A stretch of DNA of 63,958 bases, counting the filler, from Octopus bimaculoides (lineage: Eukaryota): assembly GCF_001194135.2 (NCBI RefSeq). It is 6 parts of 6 records of this genome, joined end to end, with 100 filler letters (N's around TTAATTAATTAA, not from the genome) between each part and the next. Parts side by side here need not be neighbours in the genome. Positions count along the whole stretch, not along the records: positions 62,666 to 63,958 come from NC_069007.1; 5 more parts are not named here. The stretch is one strand, 5' to 3'. Each line of letters begins with the position of its first letter. Position 1 is the stretch's first letter. This document shows, piece by piece, positions 63,406 to 63,958 of this stretch. Below the pieces are notes generated by a model that ran no database searches, was not told where the DNA came from, and was given only the letters and a program-made list of their open reading frames with translations. Both the position numbers and the translations under genes were made by a program.

Positions 63406-63639
63406 AGCGAGGCCGTTGCCAGTACCGCCTGACTGGTCTTCGTGCGGGTGACACGTAAAAGCACCCACTACACTCTCTGAGTGGTTGGCATTAGGAAGGG
63501 CATCCAGCTGTAGAAACTCTGCCAAATCAGATTGGAGCCTGGTGTTGCCATCTGGTTTCACCAGTCCTCAGTCAAATCGTCCAACCCATGCTAGCATGGA
63601 AAGCGGACGTTAAACGATGATGATGATGATGATGATGAT
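63406..63639 (+). mobile_element. Family D repeat followed by (GAT)n(AAT)n(TTA)n
   Basis: 3' part nearly identical to 12660-12860. Confidence 0.88.
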
Positions 63640-63663
63640 TAATAATAATAATAATAATAGTAA

Positions 63664-63721
<58 letters not shown>

Positions 63722-63958
63722 TCTTCAGATCTGCTACTACCTACCAAGCCTTCACAAAGAAAAGAGAGAGAGAAAAAAGGAAAATGTCCTCTCTATTTGA
63801 AGACTATGGAAATATTTTAAAACACATTTCATTTAGTTTTTCTTCAATTTAATTGTTTTTCTTCTTTTAGTCTTAGTTGAAAAAGTCAAAAAGATTGAAA
63901 CCAGAACTAAAATGTATTTCATGATAGAGTTATTTTAACATTATCTACTTTGTTTTAT

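Overview
Eukaryotic animal DNA that is AT-rich, saturated with microsatellites and broken by many N gaps. The SINE families and intron style point to an octopus (coleoid cephalopod) draft genome; this is inferred from repeat recognition, not from a search. The window is not one contiguous sequence: five identical 100-bp spacers (44 N + TTAATTAATTAA + 44 N) split it into six joined scaffolds (1-12524, 12625-35921, 36022-54561, 54662-61147, 61248-62565, 62666-63958). The only host gene I can support is an 11-exon + strand block (36312-53230, 1883 nt, about 628 codons, all GT-AG introns, no stops) encoding the AAA6/C-terminal region of an outer-arm axonemal dynein heavy chain of the DNAH5/DNAH8 family. 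It lies entirely in the third scaffold, and that scaffold is strongly CpG-depleted. The rest is mobile DNA: several modular tRNA-derived SINE families, an RTE-related repeat, R4/Dong-type RLE retrotransposon ends sitting in (TAA)n, an internally deleted Tx1-type LINE, Penelope-like fragments, a Helitron derivative and MITEs. The most interesting signals are two inverted copies of a hammerhead-ribozyme-like motif in a Penelope-like 3' end, and a stack of Dong-like elements inserted into a SINE-generated (TTA)n tail. Almost all ORFs in the supplied track are microsatellite or N-gap artefacts. Repeat boundaries are approximate; exon boundaries were checked base by base.
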